A DNA stretch of 64,000 nucleotides, taken from positions 2,197 through 66,196 of the forward strand of contig MEOF01000046.1 of NCBI GenBank assembly GCA_001769505.1, read 5' to 3'. Below the pieces are notes generated by a model that searched no databases, was not told the origin of the DNA, and worked only from the letters and a program-made list of their open reading frames with translations. This DNA comes from Bacteroidetes bacterium GWF2_33_38. GTDB lineage: Bacteria; Bacteroidota; Bacteroidia; Bacteroidales; GWF2-33-38. Shown here in pieces: positions 1 through 9,292 of this stretch (positions within the stretch are counted from its first letter, which is position 1; every line of letters starts with the position of its first letter). The position numbers and the translations under genes were made by a program.

Positions 1-60
1 GAAGGCTATCCTGAAGAAGGACGAAACTTTTTTATTTCGTTGATTTTTAAATACCACTAA
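1..60 (+). CDS. 3' end of an unidentified upstream CDS (partial)
   Basis: Frame 1 is open from the window edge and reads EGYPEEGRNFFISLIFKYH, then TAA at 58-60. Only 19 codons are visible, so no product call. Confidence 0.3.
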   Translation, partial: EGYPEEGRNFFISLIFKYH

Positions 61-94
61 AGCTAACTTCAGTTCATATAACCCAATAAAACTC

Positions 95-294
95 ATTCCC
101 GCATAAGCGGGAATCTATTCGAAAGTTGAAAAGGAAAACTTAAAATGCATTAAATGATTAATTATCAGGGAAATATCTCTGTCTTTTTTACTTATACCAA
201 TTCTATTTCCATATGACACATATGTGATTTTTTAGATTCCCTTTTTCAAGGGAATGTGCCTCAAAAATTACTACATACCCGCAAAAGCGGGTAT
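95..294. repeat. Three related hairpins with 8-bp stems and 4-nt loops (95-114 attcccgc/ataa/gcgggaat; 236-255 attccctt/tttc/aagggaat; 275-294 atacccgc/aaaa/gcgggtat); possible terminators between convergent genes
   Basis: Perfect inverted repeats read directly. Their GC-rich cores stand out in the AT-rich spacer between a + strand stop (58-60) and a - strand stop (394-396). The third hairpin is followed by cttattttt. Confidence 0.5.
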
Positions 295-393
295 CTTATT
301 TTTAAATTGTGTCAGTCACATTGAGTCGTAATTGGTATTAAATTTAGGTATTTTAGGCTCAGAGTAGTTACAATTAATTTATACTAATTGTAA

Positions 394-3300
394 TTATTCA
401 TCTTTCCCTGTTTCCTCAATTATTTCTTCTTCGCCTGCCATCTTTTTTAAGAACATTTCTTTCTTTCGTGGACTTGATAAAACGTAGAACGAATAAGGAG
501 TTTCGCCTTTTGCAACTTCCATTTTTCGTTTATCGATTTTTAAATCGCGAATTCCCACATTAAAGTCATCACTTGAAGAAATTGCTAACATTTGACCACG
601 TTCATACACAAAGAAAAACCAAGTTGCTTGATCGATTTCTAAATAAATATTAAAAACATCGCCACTTCTTTTGCGTTCGAGATATACATATCCATTTACC
701 AATTTATTAACTTGGGTTCTTAAAATATTTCCTATTCCAATTTTTCCAACTGATACATATGCTCCTTTTTGGTCGTCCCATGTCATTTTTAATTGGTTGA
801 AAAAGATTGATTGCTCCAGTTCTTTGGGTATTTTTTTGAATTCGCCGTATGTGTAGATTTCGGTTTTAAGTTTGTCTGCTGCTTCAATACCTAAAATTTC
901 GGTCATCCCTTTTTCATAAGTTTTATTGGTAAGGTTTACGGCTTCTAGGGTTACATCGTTATTTATGGCATCAGATAAGATTTTCAAAGCTGGCTCATGA
1001 AACATGAAATTTACAGTCATAAGCAAATCAAAATCTTTTGTGTCTTGGTCATACGAATGAATTACATTCCCAACTGTACTTGATTTTATTTGACCCAAAT
1101 TTGCTCCAAGATCCATTTTTCCTTCTCCATAAATACTACAAATATCTTTATGCAAACTCAAATAGTTGCCTGGCATGTTTATCTCAACAATTTTTTCTTT
1201 GCTAGAAATTTTATATTTCTGTGAATTTTTGTCGTAGTATAAGAATCCGGTTGCCGGTAAAATTGTAATATCGCTGTAGCTTTTATGCTTTGTTAAAAAT
1301 GCCGAATAGATTGAAAAAGTATCGGTTGTTTGAATAATTCCAGCAAGCAATGTGCTGTTATTTATGTCTTTAAGCGATGTGTCGATAGGAATGTAAATTT
1401 GATTTGGATTTATTTCCGATTCAAATTTCAACCAGTAATTTCCAAATTTACTGCATTCGTGAGCAATTTTAGTTGCTCCTGCAAAAGTCAAATATTGATT
1501 GCTGGCAAAAAGCTTAACATCGCCTGTATATGTATAGTTTGGACTTAATGTGAAATTTTCGGTTATAGCAATTTTTCCGCTTGCATAAGTTTGAATAGTT
1601 GTATCGACTGCAACTAAATCGAAGTGTATCATTTGTTTGTTATTATTTTCATCAAAGTAGTCATAATCTCCTGATGCAGTATAATCTTTTTTCCCGAAAA
1701 TGTTTGTAGTTGCATTGTAAATAGTGTGGTATCGCGAAACATTATTTGCAATTATTTTAGTATTGCTGAGAGTTCTCATTTTTGCAGCTTTTTCAATTAC
1801 AACTTCTCCATCGCCCAAATAAACGGTTGCATCAGCAGTTCTAATGTATTTTACCTCAGTAGCACTAATGATATTTTTTCGCATATTGTATTTTGCTGAT
1901 GGTGCTACAAACTTAAGAGAATCTTGATCGGGATGAGTAGAAATAAATTCGGAACCTTCTAATTGAATATCTTCCATTTCCATAGGGCTAAGTTCTTTCC
2001 CTGTATCTGCAATATCTTGTTTTTTCTTGCTTGAACTTACTTCGATTTCTTCGTCGTCCATGTACCAAATAAATTGATCCATAAAGCACATATATTGATT
2101 CTGAGGGAATTCAACGAATGAGCCTTCTCCATTTGAAACAAATTCTCCGGTTCGTGCTTCAAAATCGACATGAGCATTTACGTTATCAGTTTTAAATGCA
2201 AGTCCAACCATATCAAATGCTTTAAGTCTAAAGTTTGACGTATCGGCATCGAAAGTTGTCATTTTGTATTTAAATTCTTTTGATTCGAGTTCAGCTTTTG
2301 TAAATTCCATGATTCCCGAACCAGTTAAACCTTCAGGCTTTAAGTTTAATATTCCATGATGTAGTGCTTGTCCATCAAACATCGACATTGGAACTTCGCG
2401 TTTTGTAGTTATTAACTCATCGTCGTGAGGTTTAAAAATTACTTGGCAACTAAGAGCGTCAACAGTAGGGAATTCGACTCCATCTTCTTGTTTTTCGATG
2501 TGCATTTTCTTTGCAATTGTGTACATCGAATCTGGAAAGAAAACGAAATTATCAGACGAAGTAGTAGATGTAATGTATTTAAAATCTCCGTCGCCACGCA
2601 AACCATCGTTACTCAACCTAATTTCGTTATGAAAAGTTCCTTTTCCTCCGTACAAAGGAAATCCTTCAGGCGGGGTTTGACGAATAAATCCAAGTGAATA
2701 ATCTTTTTGAAGTGTAAGGTCTTCTTCGAAAGGTGGAAATATACCTCCTGAAACAAAATAACCGGCAAATCGAAGACCTTCTCGTGAAAAGTTATCCAAA
2801 CTGTCGATTGTATAAGGATAAATTTGAAAATAAAAGTTTTTTCGAGAATAAGTTCCTTCCAAAATAGACCGCTTATCGTAATAGACATATGAATCTTTTT
2901 TGCTGTTAAAAATAGGATATTCGGGAAAATCCTTGACTCCAGATTTATTATGCGGATTATCAATTAACAAGTCTCCACGAACATTCTCAATCATGGTTCT
3001 TACGTTGAGATATTGTTTATTGCCGTAATAGTCAATTTGTCCGGTTTCTGCTTTTAGTCGGAGTGAGTCAACATTATTTAGGTTGATTTTGAAATTATCG
3101 TACTCAAATGTATAATCCTTTCCGGTAAAAATAAATAGTCCTGCATTTAGTTTTCCGTCGAATTCAAAGTCAAGATTTTCTTTGACAAGTAATCTTTCGT
3201 TTTCGGGATAAATAACCACATTTTGTGAATCACTTAATTGAATTTCGCTTACACCGAAGATTTCTAAATCAAAATTCAATAAATTCATCGATGCATTTTC

Positions 3301-4917
3301 AGTTCCTTCGGTTTCTGAAACAAGATCGATAACATCGTAGTCAATTTTTTTGGCATGCGAACTTAAATAGTCGTACATTCGTTGTTTTACGGTAACTTTA
3401 TCAAGCTCGAAGTCGTATTCAATTAATCCTGCAAAGGTTAAATTTACCAGCATTCTACGTACCATGTTTATGTCTTTACGCATAAAATCGGCTAATTCAG
3501 AAGCCGTAAATGTATCGAAGCCATAAAAATCAACAAATTTTTTGACTGAAACAACGGGATTAAATTCGTCCATCAACTGCATTTTGTTATATTGCCATTC
3601 GCTAAAAAAACTAGTCGATTCAAATGTCGCTTTAGTATTACTTGAGCCTTTCATCATTCTAAAATCCATTTTTGGATCATCGACATTCCAAGTCAGCGAT
3701 TCAAAATTCATTGTTAAATTATGATAGGTGTTAAAGTAAGGACTGTTTGCTAATCCTTGCCCATCACGAATTAATTCGACTTGTCGTTTTGCAACATCGT
3801 ACTTAAATAATAAACCGGGATGAAAAATTGAATCGGTATCTAATCGAAATGTAATGGCTGTATTTGTTCCAGTTATTCTATCTTTTCTGAAGGCATACAG
3901 TTTCGATGATGCTTTTAAGAATACCTCATCGTTACGATAAAAGTAAAGTAAGGCAGGTTCTTCTTTTGAACCGGAACCTAAAAATTTAGCTCCATCCATC
4001 GAAAATCCGCCGTCGTAATCAACATTTTCGTATATATTTTTGATTTGAAACCGTTTAGTAAATGATTCGAATCGTGGAAAAGTAGCTTTTTCAGGACTGG
4101 TATTTTTCATTACTTTTTCTTCGAAATTTCCCAATAGCGGTTTGTCAAAATACAAGGTATTTACAAACGAAACAGAATCAGCTTCGTATTTAGACTGATT
4201 CATGAAAATTTCGTAACGATATAAGTTTGCATAAACCTCGTTAGGTTTGAATCCTGCTCTTTCCCATGTTACTGTTCCGTTAACTCCTTCCCAACGGTTT
4301 TTTTCCAATGGATAATAAACGCCTTTTGTGCCTAGAATAGTTACACTGTCTTGTTTTGCATAACAAGTTATATCTGTTTCTCCATAAATTACTTTTATGG
4401 TTTTATCGAATTTGAAACGGAAGTTGTTATTATTGGCTCTCCACTCTGTACTTGGCGATTTGTAAATAGAATTTGTTGATAATAAATTTACCGACATTTC
4501 GAGGTAATCGTCAATATCTCGGAGGGTAATTTTATTGGTATTTATCATATAATGCAAGGCGTTATCCCAATTTTCGTAACTCGAATTATCGTGATTTGTC
4601 ATAACAAATTGATAAACCGTTTTTATGTAGTTGTTGAAATGAGGAAAGGGCAATGCTCTCTTTTTGGTAAGTTCATTTGCAGTTTTATAAACCGTTTTTT
4701 TCATGTCGTCGGAAAAAGTTCCATTTTCCCAAACATTGGTAAGGCTATCGATAAAAATTTTAGTTTCTTTTTTTTCACTGGTGTATTTCATTAACATTTG
4801 CGAAAATTTATTTAAAAAAGCCTCAGATTCAGTCGGGAACCCTTTGATTTGTTGTGCAAAAGAGTTTCCAATTAATCCTAATATGAATAAAAAACTGATA
4901 TAAACTGCTTTTTTCAT
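394..4917 (-). CDS. Very large secreted protein (about 1507 aa), family not recognised
   Basis: The ORF track gives 394..4989. I place the start at the ATG at 4917 (MKKAVYISFLFILGLIGNSFAQQ, signal-peptide-like), which also avoids overlap with prmA ending at 4922. Confidence 0.85.
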   Translation of the reverse strand: MKKAVYISFLFILGLIGNSFAQQIKGFPTESEAFLNKFSQMLMKYTSEKKETKIFIDSLTNVWENGTFSDDMKKTVYKTANELTKKRALPFPHFNNYIKTVYQFVMTNHDNSSYENWDNALHYMINTNKITLRDIDDYLEMSVNLLSTNSIYKSPSTEWRANNNNFRFKFDKTIKVIYGETDITCYAKQDSVTILGTKGVYYPLEKNRWEGVNGTVTWERAGFKPNEVYANLYRYEIFMNQSKYEADSVSFVNTLYFDKPLLGNFEEKVMKNTSPEKATFPRFESFTKRFQIKNIYENVDYDGGFSMDGAKFLGSGSKEEPALLYFYRNDEVFLKASSKLYAFRKDRITGTNTAITFRLDTDSIFHPGLLFKYDVAKRQVELIRDGQGLANSPYFNTYHNLTMNFESLTWNVDDPKMDFRMMKGSSNTKATFESTSFFSEWQYNKMQLMDEFNPVVSVKKFVDFYGFDTFTASELADFMRKDINMVRRMLVNLTFAGLIEYDFELDKVTVKQRMYDYLSSHAKKIDYDVIDLVSETEGTENASMNLLNFDLEIFGVSEIQLSDSQNVVIYPENERLLVKENLDFEFDGKLNAGLFIFTGKDYTFEYDNFKINLNNVDSLRLKAETGQIDYYGNKQYLNVRTMIENVRGDLLIDNPHNKSGVKDFPEYPIFNSKKDSYVYYDKRSILEGTYSRKNFYFQIYPYTIDSLDNFSREGLRFAGYFVSGGIFPPFEEDLTLQKDYSLGFIRQTPPEGFPLYGGKGTFHNEIRLSNDGLRGDGDFKYITSTTSSDNFVFFPDSMYTIAKKMHIEKQEDGVEFPTVDALSCQVIFKPHDDELITTKREVPMSMFDGQALHHGILNLKPEGLTGSGIMEFTKAELESKEFKYKMTTFDADTSNFRLKAFDMVGLAFKTDNVNAHVDFEARTGEFVSNGEGSFVEFPQNQYMCFMDQFIWYMDDEEIEVSSSKKKQDIADTGKELSPMEMEDIQLEGSEFISTHPDQDSLKFVAPSAKYNMRKNIISATEVKYIRTADATVYLGDGEVVIEKAAKMRTLSNTKIIANNVSRYHTIYNATTNIFGKKDYTASGDYDYFDENNNKQMIHFDLVAVDTTIQTYASGKIAITENFTLSPNYTYTGDVKLFASNQYLTFAGATKIAHECSKFGNYWLKFESEINPNQIYIPIDTSLKDINNSTLLAGIIQTTDTFSIYSAFLTKHKSYSDITILPATGFLYYDKNSQKYKISSKEKIVEINMPGNYLSLHKDICSIYGEGKMDLGANLGQIKSSTVGNVIHSYDQDTKDFDLLMTVNFMFHEPALKILSDAINNDVTLEAVNLTNKTYEKGMTEILGIEAADKLKTEIYTYGEFKKIPKELEQSIFFNQLKMTWDDQKGAYVSVGKIGIGNILRTQVNKLVNGYVYLERKRSGDVFNIYLEIDQATWFFFVYERGQMLAISSSDDFNVGIRDLKIDKRKMEVAKGETPYSFYVLSSPRKKEMFLKKMAGEEEIIEETGKDE

Positions 4918-4921
4918 CCGT

Positions 4922-5758
4922 TTAATTTTTCTTGAATTTTGCTGCGTTCCAATTATTCTTTTCAATATTATCAACGAATGTGAATCCAACTTTTTCGTAA
5001 ATTTCTTTGATATAATCTAAATCTTTATTGTAGAACCCGCTCAGATAAATAAATCCGTTTGAATTGGTTGAATTATAAAAATCCTGAGCGTGTTGCGATA
5101 AAATATTTCGATTAATATTGGCTAAAATAACATCAAAGCATAAATCTTGAATTACATCAAAGTCTCCTTGCATAACAATACCATTAGTTATGTTATTTCG
5201 TTCAAGATTTTCAACAGTATTTTCGTATGACCACTCGTCATAATCAATAGCAGTTACTTCACTTGCATTTTTCATTGAGGCTAAAATTGCTAAAATTCCT
5301 GTTCCGCAACCCATATCAAGAACCGTTAAGTTCGAAAAATCATTCGCAAGCACATATTCTGCCATCAGAGAAGTTGTTTCGTGGTGTCCGGTTCCAAAAG
5401 ACATTTTGGGCTCAATAACAATTTCGTAATCAACTTTTGGCAAGTCATTGTGAAATGGGGCACGAATCAAACAATTTTTTCCAATGTAAACAGGTTTAAA
5501 ATTGCTTTCCCACACAGCGTTCCAATTTTGTTTTTCGATATTTGAAAAACTTAATTCCACTGTTGTATTTTCGATATTTGAAAGCGTTATGCTCGCATTT
5601 TCAAAAGAAAAATCGTTTGACTGAATGTAAGCTTTTATAGTATTTTCCTCTTCGGTAAAACTTTCGTATCCAATTTCTCCCAGTTTTGCAACAATAACTT
5701 CTGAAATTTCGACTTCAGATGAAGTCTGATATTTGACAATTAGTTCAATATAATCCAT
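4922..5758 (-). CDS. prmA: Ribosomal protein L11 methyltransferase
   Basis: 278-aa ORF with a PrmA-like N-terminal domain and the SAM-binding motif VLDMGCGTGILAILAS. Confidence 0.9.
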   Translation of the reverse strand: MDYIELIVKYQTSSEVEISEVIVAKLGEIGYESFTEEENTIKAYIQSNDFSFENASITLSNIENTTVELSFSNIEKQNWNAVWESNFKPVYIGKNCLIRAPFHNDLPKVDYEIVIEPKMSFGTGHHETTSLMAEYVLANDFSNLTVLDMGCGTGILAILASMKNASEVTAIDYDEWSYENTVENLERNNITNGIVMQGDFDVIQDLCFDVILANINRNILSQHAQDFYNSTNSNGFIYLSGFYNKDLDYIKEIYEKVGFTFVDNIEKNNWNAAKFKKN

Positions 5759-5806
5759 TTATTTGGCTTATTTTTTTAATAATGGTTCGTTCATTTTTTA
5801 TGTTAC

Positions 5807-5902
5807 TTTGATAATCAGAACTTTGGCAAAGTTATTCAATCTTAATTATGTCGTTGATTATTAAATGTTTATGATTTTGATAAAATCAGCTTTGCCAAAG
5901 TT
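5807..5902. promoter_or_regulatory. Duplicated near-palindromic site upstream of prmA (5807-5833 tttgataatcagaactttggcaaagtt; 5876-5902 tttgataaaatcagctttgccaaagtt)
   Basis: Two about 27-nt direct copies. Their cores ACTTTGGCAAAGT and CTTTGCCAAAG are near-palindromes and reverse complements of each other. An extra half-site ccaaagt lies at 5904-5910. Confidence 0.35.
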
Positions 5903-5926
5903 GACCAAAGTATTATTTTAATTACG

Positions 5927-6685
5927 TTAAAAAGAATAAATAATTTCGATAAAATCGTTTGCTTTTAACGATGCACCGCCGATTAAACCTCCGTCAACAT
6001 CTGGATTAGCAAATAGTTCGCGAGCATTTGCCGGATTACAACTTCCTCCGTACAAGATTGATATTTCGTTAGCGATTGATTGTCCAAATTTTTCAACGAT
6101 TAAACCTCTGATATATTTGTGAATTTCTTGTGCTTGAGCTGAGGTTGCTGTTTTTCCAGTACCAATAGCCCAAACAGGTTCGTAAGCGATTACGATTTTC
6201 GAAAATTCTTCATTTGATAAGGTAAAAATTGTTTCGGCAAGTTGTTTTCTTACTACTTCGAAATGAATACCTGCTTCGCGTTCTTCTAAAACTTCCCCAC
6301 AGCAAAAAATAGGAGTCAAATTATTTGCTAATACTTGTTTTACTTTTTTAAGAAGAATCTCATTGTTCTCATGGTAATATGCTCTTCTTTCTGAGTGACC
6401 AATAATAACGTAATCAATACCAGTTGATTTAATCATTTCGGCAGAAACTTCTCCAGTAAATGCTCCTTTTGCTTCTGCTGCACAATTTTGTGAAGAGATT
6501 GAAATTCTCGCATTTGATAAAACTTTTTTAACTTCTGTAAGGTGGATAAACGGAGTGCCAAGTATTATTTTTACGTTATTATTTTCCTTGCTTGACACCA
6601 TCTCGTTAATTTCTTTTGCAAGTGCAATACCTTCTGAAAGGGTTTTGTTCATTTTCCAGTTTCCTGCAACAATATTTTTTCTCAT
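5927..6685 (-). CDS. tpiA: Triosephosphate isomerase
   Basis: Motifs [15 protein letters not shown] and [15 protein letters not shown]; 252 aa. Confidence 0.97.
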   Translation of the reverse strand: MRKNIVAGNWKMNKTLSEGIALAKEINEMVSSKENNNVKIILGTPFIHLTEVKKVLSNARISISSQNCAAEAKGAFTGEVSAEMIKSTGIDYVIIGHSERRAYYHENNEILLKKVKQVLANNLTPIFCCGEVLEEREAGIHFEVVRKQLAETIFTLSNEEFSKIVIAYEPVWAIGTGKTATSAQAQEIHKYIRGLIVEKFGQSIANEISILYGGSCNPANARELFANPDVDGGLIGGASLKANDFIEIIYSF

Positions 6686-6743
6686 ATTAAAAATTATTAA
6701 TGATTTATATTTTTTTGTTTGAATATTTACAAATATAAAAAAA

Positions 6744-6770
6744 TAGTAGCAGGATATTTTCCTGCTACTA
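6744..6770 (-). terminator. Rho-independent terminator candidate for the DoxX/MauE-like gene
   Basis: 10-bp stem tagtagcagg/cctgctacta with a 7-nt loop. An A-run at 6736-6743 on the + strand gives a T-run after the hairpin on the - strand. It lies 37 nt past the stop at 6807. Confidence 0.6.
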
Positions 6771-6806
6771 CTAAAATTCTTGTTAAGTTTTTAACAATTA
6801 TGTTTT

Positions 6807-7934
6807 TTACTTAAAAATGTCAGCTTCGAATTCTTCAACTGATGGAATATCGCTATGACTCCATTTACCTATTACGGTTCCTTTTTTTAACAAAACTAAA
6901 CCTGGATTAGAACGAATAATGGTTTTTAAGGTAATTTCGTCGCAAGCGTAAAACTTATATGGGGTAATATTTTTTTCGGCAAATTTGTCTATTTCTTCTT
7001 GTACTGAAGATGTTACGCACATAAAATCAATATTATTTTCTTCACTGTACAAAGCTAAATCGTTGATTTGTTTCTGATTTTCGGTACATGATTTTGTAAT
7101 ATCGTATGCAATCAATAAAAATGTATAATTTTCATTTGCAAGAACAATATCTGTAATATCTCCTTCTTCGGGAGATTCGATTACAAAATCGTGAATAGGA
7201 GGGTGGTAGCCTTCTTTTATTAATATTGATTTTGAATCGTTCCAAACCCAATTTAAGGTGTCTTGCCACGGATAATTTGTTTCATCAAATTCTTTTATCT
7301 CTCCGGTTTTTGTATTTTTATAATAAAAAAGCGTTTTGTATTCGTCAGGAGCTGCATTTTCGGGATATACCATTTTATCGGGTAAATAAGAGCCAACACT
7401 ATAAGGACGAAAATCAATAACCGGTAAATGTTTTAAATTATAAAATTGAAAACCAACAATAAGTACAATTAAAAAGACTGAAATTGACCATTGTGCAATG
7501 GTTGAAAAGTAAGATTTTATTTTTGCTCGTCCAAAGAAAACGATTAGCGTAGGAATGAGAATAATTATGTTTTTCCAAAATGTTTTCCAATTTGTCAAGA
7601 TTAGTGCATCACCGAAACAACCACAGTCGGTTACAGGGTTATCGATTGCCAGAACCAAGGTAAGTGGAGTGAAAAACGCCATAAACAATAAAGCTAGCCA
7701 AGCACTAATTTTTATTCTGAAGCCAAAAATCAGATTTAAACCTACAATAAACTCGGCCGTTGATAAAATAATAGCAAGCGGCAGTGATAAACTTTCTGCC
7801 CAACCCATTCCGAATGCCGTAAAATAATCGGTGAATTTATAGGTAGAACCAAGAGGGTCAACGCTTTTAACAAAACCTGAAAAGGTAAAAAGTAAACCAA
7901 CAAATAGTCGGCTAATGAGTCTGATTGTTCTCAT
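6807..7934 (-). CDS. DoxX/MauE-family redox-associated membrane protein with a C-terminal thioredoxin-like domain
   Basis: Multi-TM N-terminal half with the DCGCFGD motif typical of MauE/DoxX proteins. The soluble C-terminal half is about 180 aa. Confidence 0.7.
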   Translation of the reverse strand: MRTIRLISRLFVGLLFTFSGFVKSVDPLGSTYKFTDYFTAFGMGWAESLSLPLAIILSTAEFIVGLNLIFGFRIKISAWLALLFMAFFTPLTLVLAIDNPVTDCGCFGDALILTNWKTFWKNIIILIPTLIVFFGRAKIKSYFSTIAQWSISVFLIVLIVGFQFYNLKHLPVIDFRPYSVGSYLPDKMVYPENAAPDEYKTLFYYKNTKTGEIKEFDETNYPWQDTLNWVWNDSKSILIKEGYHPPIHDFVIESPEEGDITDIVLANENYTFLLIAYDITKSCTENQKQINDLALYSEENNIDFMCVTSSVQEEIDKFAEKNITPYKFYACDEITLKTIIRSNPGLVLLKKGTVIGKWSHSDIPSVEEFEADIFK

Positions 7935-7958
7935 AATTAATTGAACGAGTTAAAAGTT

Positions 7959-7985
7959 TGTAAAGTTCGTAAAGTTCGTAAAGTT
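7959..7985. repeat. Three tandem 9-bp units (tgtaaagtt cgtaaagtt cgtaaagtt), followed by AATTAGYAAT-type repeats to about 8013
   Basis: Read directly from the sequence. It starts 25 nt upstream of the minus-strand start codon at 7934. Confidence 0.8.
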
Positions 7986-8250
7986 GAAGGTTAATCAGCA
8001 ATTAGTAATTAGCAATAAACAGCCAAGTCAATTAATAATTTTCAAATTACCAAATTATCGCATTGCCAAATTTTCTTATTTCGACAACTTTATTAAATCT
8101 TTTGGTCAAAATTATAAAATATAATGATTTATAATTGTGTTTTTGAATATTGTTTAACAATATTTAACGAAGAAATAGGATTGACTTATTTTGAGTTGTG
8201 AGATTTAATTATTTCAACTAAAAACTACAATTCTTTGTTACCAGATGGGC

Positions 8251-8526
8251 TTATTTTTGGTTGTTTTTTATCCAGTTCGATACTTCATCACCAAGTCCCC
8301 ACCAAGCTGCTTTATTTCCCATTAATCCAACATAAATTTTATCATTACTATCAATTTCCTGCACTAATGTATCTCTTATCTGTGTCGCAGTTTGGTCTGT
8401 AATTATTAGGTATGATGAACCACCTAATCTCGCCCAACCATTGAAGGCTTTTATCCTTTTAAGTAGGTTTTCGTAATTTCTACCAGGATTGCTTAAATCG
8501 TATGTTACTATATATATATATTTCAT
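8251..8526 (-). CDS. Small 91-aa protein with a Cas2/VapD-like beta-alpha-beta-beta-alpha-beta sequence pattern; partner of the HEPN-motif protein
   Basis: Its ATG (8526-8524) overlaps the upstream TGA (8525-8523). The sequence runs YIYIVTYDLS, helix NYENLLKRIKAF, WARLGGSSYLIITD, helix, KIYVGL. The fold assignment is inferred from pattern only. Confidence 0.6.
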   Translation of the reverse strand: MKYIYIVTYDLSNPGRNYENLLKRIKAFNGWARLGGSSYLIITDQTATQIRDTLVQEIDSNDKIYVGLMGNKAAWWGLGDEVSNWIKNNQK

Positions 8527-9248
8527 TTTTTCTGGTAAATTTCGTTAACATGTTTTGTAAATTTACTCACTAAATCCACACAATCTTGTGCAAACTTTTT
8601 TGTTATATCATTTTCTTTCTGTTCAGTATTATTTAAATCATAATCACCGCTATGGGCGATAACATGCCTTCTTTGAGTATACGTTTCCAACTTCTTCATT
8701 AAATTGGTTTCACTAATATCTGCCTTTTCTGAAACTTGTTTAAAGATATTTTGATAACCAACTAATTCCATAAATGTTTTAATCTTCCATTCTCCTTGAA
8801 ATGATTTTGTTCCGAAATCCTCCTTAATATGTTTGTCAACTACTTCGTGCAAATTATATTTTCTTGCTGCAAGTAGAAGTTTGTCTTGATTTAATAAATT
8901 TTTCAAATAACCAGAAAGCTTATCTGGTAATTCTTTAGTGTTGTCCAAAAGAATATTGTTAATTTTCTCCGTAACGATTGAACGAATAAAAGCGTCAAGA
9001 GCTGAAATGGATAATACAATTGCCGCTCTGTAAGCATCACAAAAATGCTCTTCTTTTTCAGAACCTTTGTCATCTGAATGAAAATCAATTAGATTTTGAG
9101 CTCTTTTTATACATCGTTCAAAAATGTCATAAGGAGTCAACTTATCAGAAATTTCAGTCAATTCAGAAGATGTGTTTTCACCCGTCTGTGTTGATATTGA
9201 GTTTTTCTTTGTAAGTCGACCACCGCCTTTGGTCTCTTTTTTAATCAT
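8523..9248 (-). CDS. HEPN-motif protein (putative RNase toxin/effector), 241 aa
   Basis: Helical protein with a low-complexity N-terminus. It carries QRRHVIAHSGD (R194-x4-H199, nt 8652-8672) about 40 aa from the C-terminus, the usual position of the HEPN Rx4-6H catalytic motif. Confidence 0.6.
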   Translation of the reverse strand: MIKKETKGGGRLTKKNSISTQTGENTSSELTEISDKLTPYDIFERCIKRAQNLIDFHSDDKGSEKEEHFCDAYRAAIVLSISALDAFIRSIVTEKINNILLDNTKELPDKLSGYLKNLLNQDKLLLAARKYNLHEVVDKHIKEDFGTKSFQGEWKIKTFMELVGYQNIFKQVSEKADISETNLMKKLETYTQRRHVIAHSGDYDLNNTEQKENDITKKFAQDCVDLVSKFTKHVNEIYQKK

Positions 9249-9292
9249 AATATAAAATATTTCTATTCATTGTAAGTCATTTTTCTTAATTA

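Noticed and set aside
671-4903. Seven short ORFs (60-116 aa) inside the 394-4917 gene on either strand
   Set aside because: All are nested in or antisense to a 1500-aa ORF, are rich in Phe/Ile/Lys as expected from AT-rich non-coding frames, and have no motifs.
4918-4989. N-terminal extensions in the ORF track (also 30834-30875, 35154-35195, 38373-38393, 39177-39242, 45119-45145, 48127-48186, 57663-57686, 59839-59889)
   Set aside because: The extensions use TTG/GTG or upstream ATG codons, precede obvious signal peptides or conserved N-termini, and in some cases overlap a neighbouring gene or a terminator. I chose the internal ATG starts instead.
7959-8013. Possible CRISPR array, suggested by the short tandem repeats
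   Set aside because: The units are only 9-10 bp, directly abutting with no spacers, and no cas genes are present. This is a simple tandem repeat.
8903-9214. ORFs at 8903-9088 (-) and 9020-9214 (+) inside the HEPN-motif gene
   Set aside because: They are out of frame or antisense within a better-supported 241-aa ORF. I saw no independent signals.
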